DNA from: a virus
Lineage: Duplodnaviria > Caudoviricetes
Direction: 5' to 3' (one strand)
Virus record (IMG/VR): IMGVR_UViG_3300011336_000135
Coordinates: 2,871-66,870 of that record
Length of the DNA stretch: 64,000 nt
How positions within the stretch are numbered: the stretch's first letter is position 1; each line of letters opens with the position of its first letter. Of this stretch, positions 63,008 through 64,000 are shown one piece after another. A program made the position numbers and the translations under genes. The notes beneath the pieces were generated by a model. The model was given only the letters and a program-made list of their open reading frames with translations. It was not told the origin of the DNA and did no database searches.

Positions 63008-64000
63008 CCTGAGAACCGCCGCCCAGCAGGCGCTGGAGGCGTTGGAAGCATTGCAGGGTGGCTGCACTGACTCGAATGACGGCACTGTCGAGGCAATCAC
63101 TGTCTGGTGCCCAGAGATCATTGATGCCCTCCGCGCCGCGCTGGCAGAGCCGGTGCAGGATCCGGTTTGTGCGCACGGCGTTGGAAAAACCAAGTGCAGC
63201 TTTTGCTCCGTTGAAGATAAGCTGCCTGTGCAGGAGAGCGTGAAGCTGCCGACCACCGCTACCGAAGCCGAGTTGATGGCAAAAGCGGGCCTAATGTGGC
63301 TGGAAGAAAACGCACCAGACAGGCTGTTGAAGCCGGTGCAGGAGCCGAATAAAACCTCAGTCCAGCAGTCGATGCAGACAGTACGCGAAGGCTTCGGGCG
63401 CACGATGTCCTATCTGACCGAGGTCTTTGGTGTGTCGCGGCAGACCCTCTACAACTGGCTGAGCGGAGAGAAGGCGCCGAGTCCGGAGCACGAAGGAAAG
63501 ATCCACCAGCTTGAGGTTGCGTCTCAGCGCTTCATGGAGCTTGGTTTCAAGCCGTCGCCCTCGCAACTGACGCGAACCCTTGCCCAGGGCAAGTCGTTCC
63601 TCGAACTCCTTGCCGCAGGAGGCGACGGAGCGACAAACGCCGATAAGCTCGTAAACCTTGTTCAGCGCGGACAACACAGCCGCGCTCGCCTGGAAGCACT
63701 GGCTCGCACAGTGATGCTAAATCAGACCTCCCACGACACCGCCCAACTCCCACCCCAGCGCACAGCAGAGCCGGTGCAGGAGCCGAAGCCGGTGGCGTGG
63801 ATGTACGAGCATGGCGGCATGGTGCATGACGCCGACAACCCCCCGTTCTTTATGCTTAACAGGTGGGCGACTCCCGTGAATGAGCCGTACACCGAAACGC
63901 CCCTCTACGCCGACCCACCCCAGCGCCAGCCGCTGGAGACCAAACAGCTTGAGCAAGTCATGGCGGACTGCTTTGTCGGAGGCCTCCCACAAAACTGGTG
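63000..64000 (+). CDS. Modular early protein (3' partial), with an internal Xre-like HTH module; not in ORF track
   Basis: Open from ATG 63000 to the window end (translated by hand); four PVQ(E/D) linkers; FGVSRQTLYNWLSG HTH; PVAW...PLYA module. Confidence 0.7.
   Translation, partial: MTDLRTAAQQALEALEALQGGCTDSNDGTVEAITVWCPEIIDALRAALAEPVQDPVCAHGVGKTKCSFCSVEDKLPVQESVKLPTTATEAELMAKAGLMWLEENAPDRLLKPVQEPNKTSVQQSMQTVREGFGRTMSYLTEVFGVSRQTLYNWLSGEKAPSPEHEGKIHQLEVASQRFMELGFKPSPSQLTRTLAQGKSFLELLAAGGDGATNADKLVNLVQRGQHSRARLEALARTVMLNQTSHDTAQLPPQRTAEPVQEPKPVAWMYEHGGMVHDADNPPFFMLNRWATPVNEPYTETPLYADPPQRQPLETKQLEQVMADCFVGGLPQNW

Noticed and set aside
1-64000. tRNA genes, integrase/att sites, group I introns, alternative genetic code
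   Set aside because: No cloverleaf with T-loop and CCA, no recombinase motif and no interrupted gene needing RNA splicing were seen by eye, and all core genes are intact in code 11. tRNAscan-SE and Infernal were not run.

Overview
Most of the genome of a tailed dsDNA phage with a podovirus-like layout. The MCP begins MAISRAQLLKELLPGLNALFG, which I associate with HTVC010P/HMO-2011-related aquatic phages; a proteobacterial host is inferred only. Three modules are present. (1) A + strand replication module at 103-10959: family A DNA polymerase, Cas4-like nuclease, small HNH, DEDD exonuclease, SNF2 helicase, putative SSB, HTH and primase-helicase. (2) A - strand late module at 11038-50903: terminase, portal, GroES-like co-chaperonin, scaffold, MCP, adaptors, nozzle, fibres, GH108 endolysin, holin and large ejection/polyvalent proteins. 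(3) A + strand early region at 51264 to the window end, with many small genes and a DUF3150-like / MoxR AAA+ / metallopeptidase-vWA set. No tRNA, CRISPR array, integrase or reverse transcriptase was seen. The main finding is a 300-aa intein in the DNA polymerase (1747-2646) with no in-frame endonuclease. An HNH-type homing endonuclease is instead overprinted in the +1 frame (1934-2611), with its own SD, ATG and stop, and both frames are open. Other notable signals are two candidate structured leader RNAs (41685-41764, apparently doubly pseudoknotted, and 53846-54300), repeated palindromic operator-like sites in the early region, a recurrent x-x-x-G-G motif in small virion proteins, a 1219-aa repeat fibre, and a microhomology-delimited modular early gene carrying an Xre-antitoxin-like HTH. 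All assignments come from reading motifs by eye; no searches or folding programs were run.
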